The position numbers and the translations under genes are program-made. This document shows, in pieces, positions 63,812 to 64,000 of a DNA stretch of 64,000 nt (the stretch's first letter is position 1; each line of letters begins with the position of its first letter). The notes beneath the pieces are model-generated. The model searched no databases and was not told the origin of the DNA. It saw only the letters and a list, made by a program, of their open reading frames with translations. This DNA is from Octopus bimaculoides (lineage: Eukaryota). The stretch spans positions 13,458,189 through 13,522,188 of the forward strand of contig NC_069003.1 in the NCBI RefSeq assembly GCF_001194135.2, written 5' to 3'.

Positions 63812-63974
63812 AGAGTAAAATTCTGAAGCCTTCGGCAGCCCATAGTTTGTTATAAATAACTTTAACTCATACCCAATAATTTGTCTCGGTCCAGTTTCTC
63901 TTTGAGAACTGTTCCGTGTACCACACGACAGCAGCAGCAGCCAGCGACCACTTCAGCAGCTTCGTCCAGCCACG

Positions 63975-64000
63975 ATGACCTCCGCCGTCGCCATATCAGC
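63975..64000 (+). CDS. Probable start of next gene (MTSAVAIS..., runs off window); product unidentifiable
   Basis: ATG in ccacgATGa context (A at -3), GC-rich leader with CAG repeats downstream of the promoter motifs. Confidence 0.45.

Noticed and set aside
1-64000. CRISPR arrays, rRNA, prokaryotic operons, defence systems
   Set aside because: Sequence is intron-rich animal DNA; regular repeats here lack unique spacers and no such genes are present

Overview
Eukaryotic, AT-rich, repeat-dense scaffold with many N gaps. The tRNA-derived SINE families and microsatellite load suggest an octopus genome (inference, probably an early Octopus bimaculoides-type assembly). One gene is clearly recognisable: a + strand CHERP (SCAF6) orthologue with 16 visible coding exons between 8127 and 45500. 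These encode part of the post-SURP region, the CID domain, a Pro/Gly/His-rich region, the conserved PYYELPAGLM..YKALDPKDIRLPPP block, an RS region and the G-patch C-terminus. The SURP exon(s) are not visible and the terminal exon is unresolved. The rest is mostly SINEs (three families), LINE 3' remnants (RTE, R4/Dong-like), a decayed Tc1-like transposase, hAT and mariner MITEs, and micro/minisatellites. A CCAAT plus double E-box promoter and the probable start of the next gene lie at 63.7-64 kb. The most interesting points are a large (GPGP[AT]H)n coding repeat in CHERP, several long near-perfect hairpins, and a chain of minus-strand candidate micro-exons that splice in frame antisense to the CHERP 3' end. 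The chain is speculative and needs RNA-seq. No confidently novel system can be established from sequence alone.
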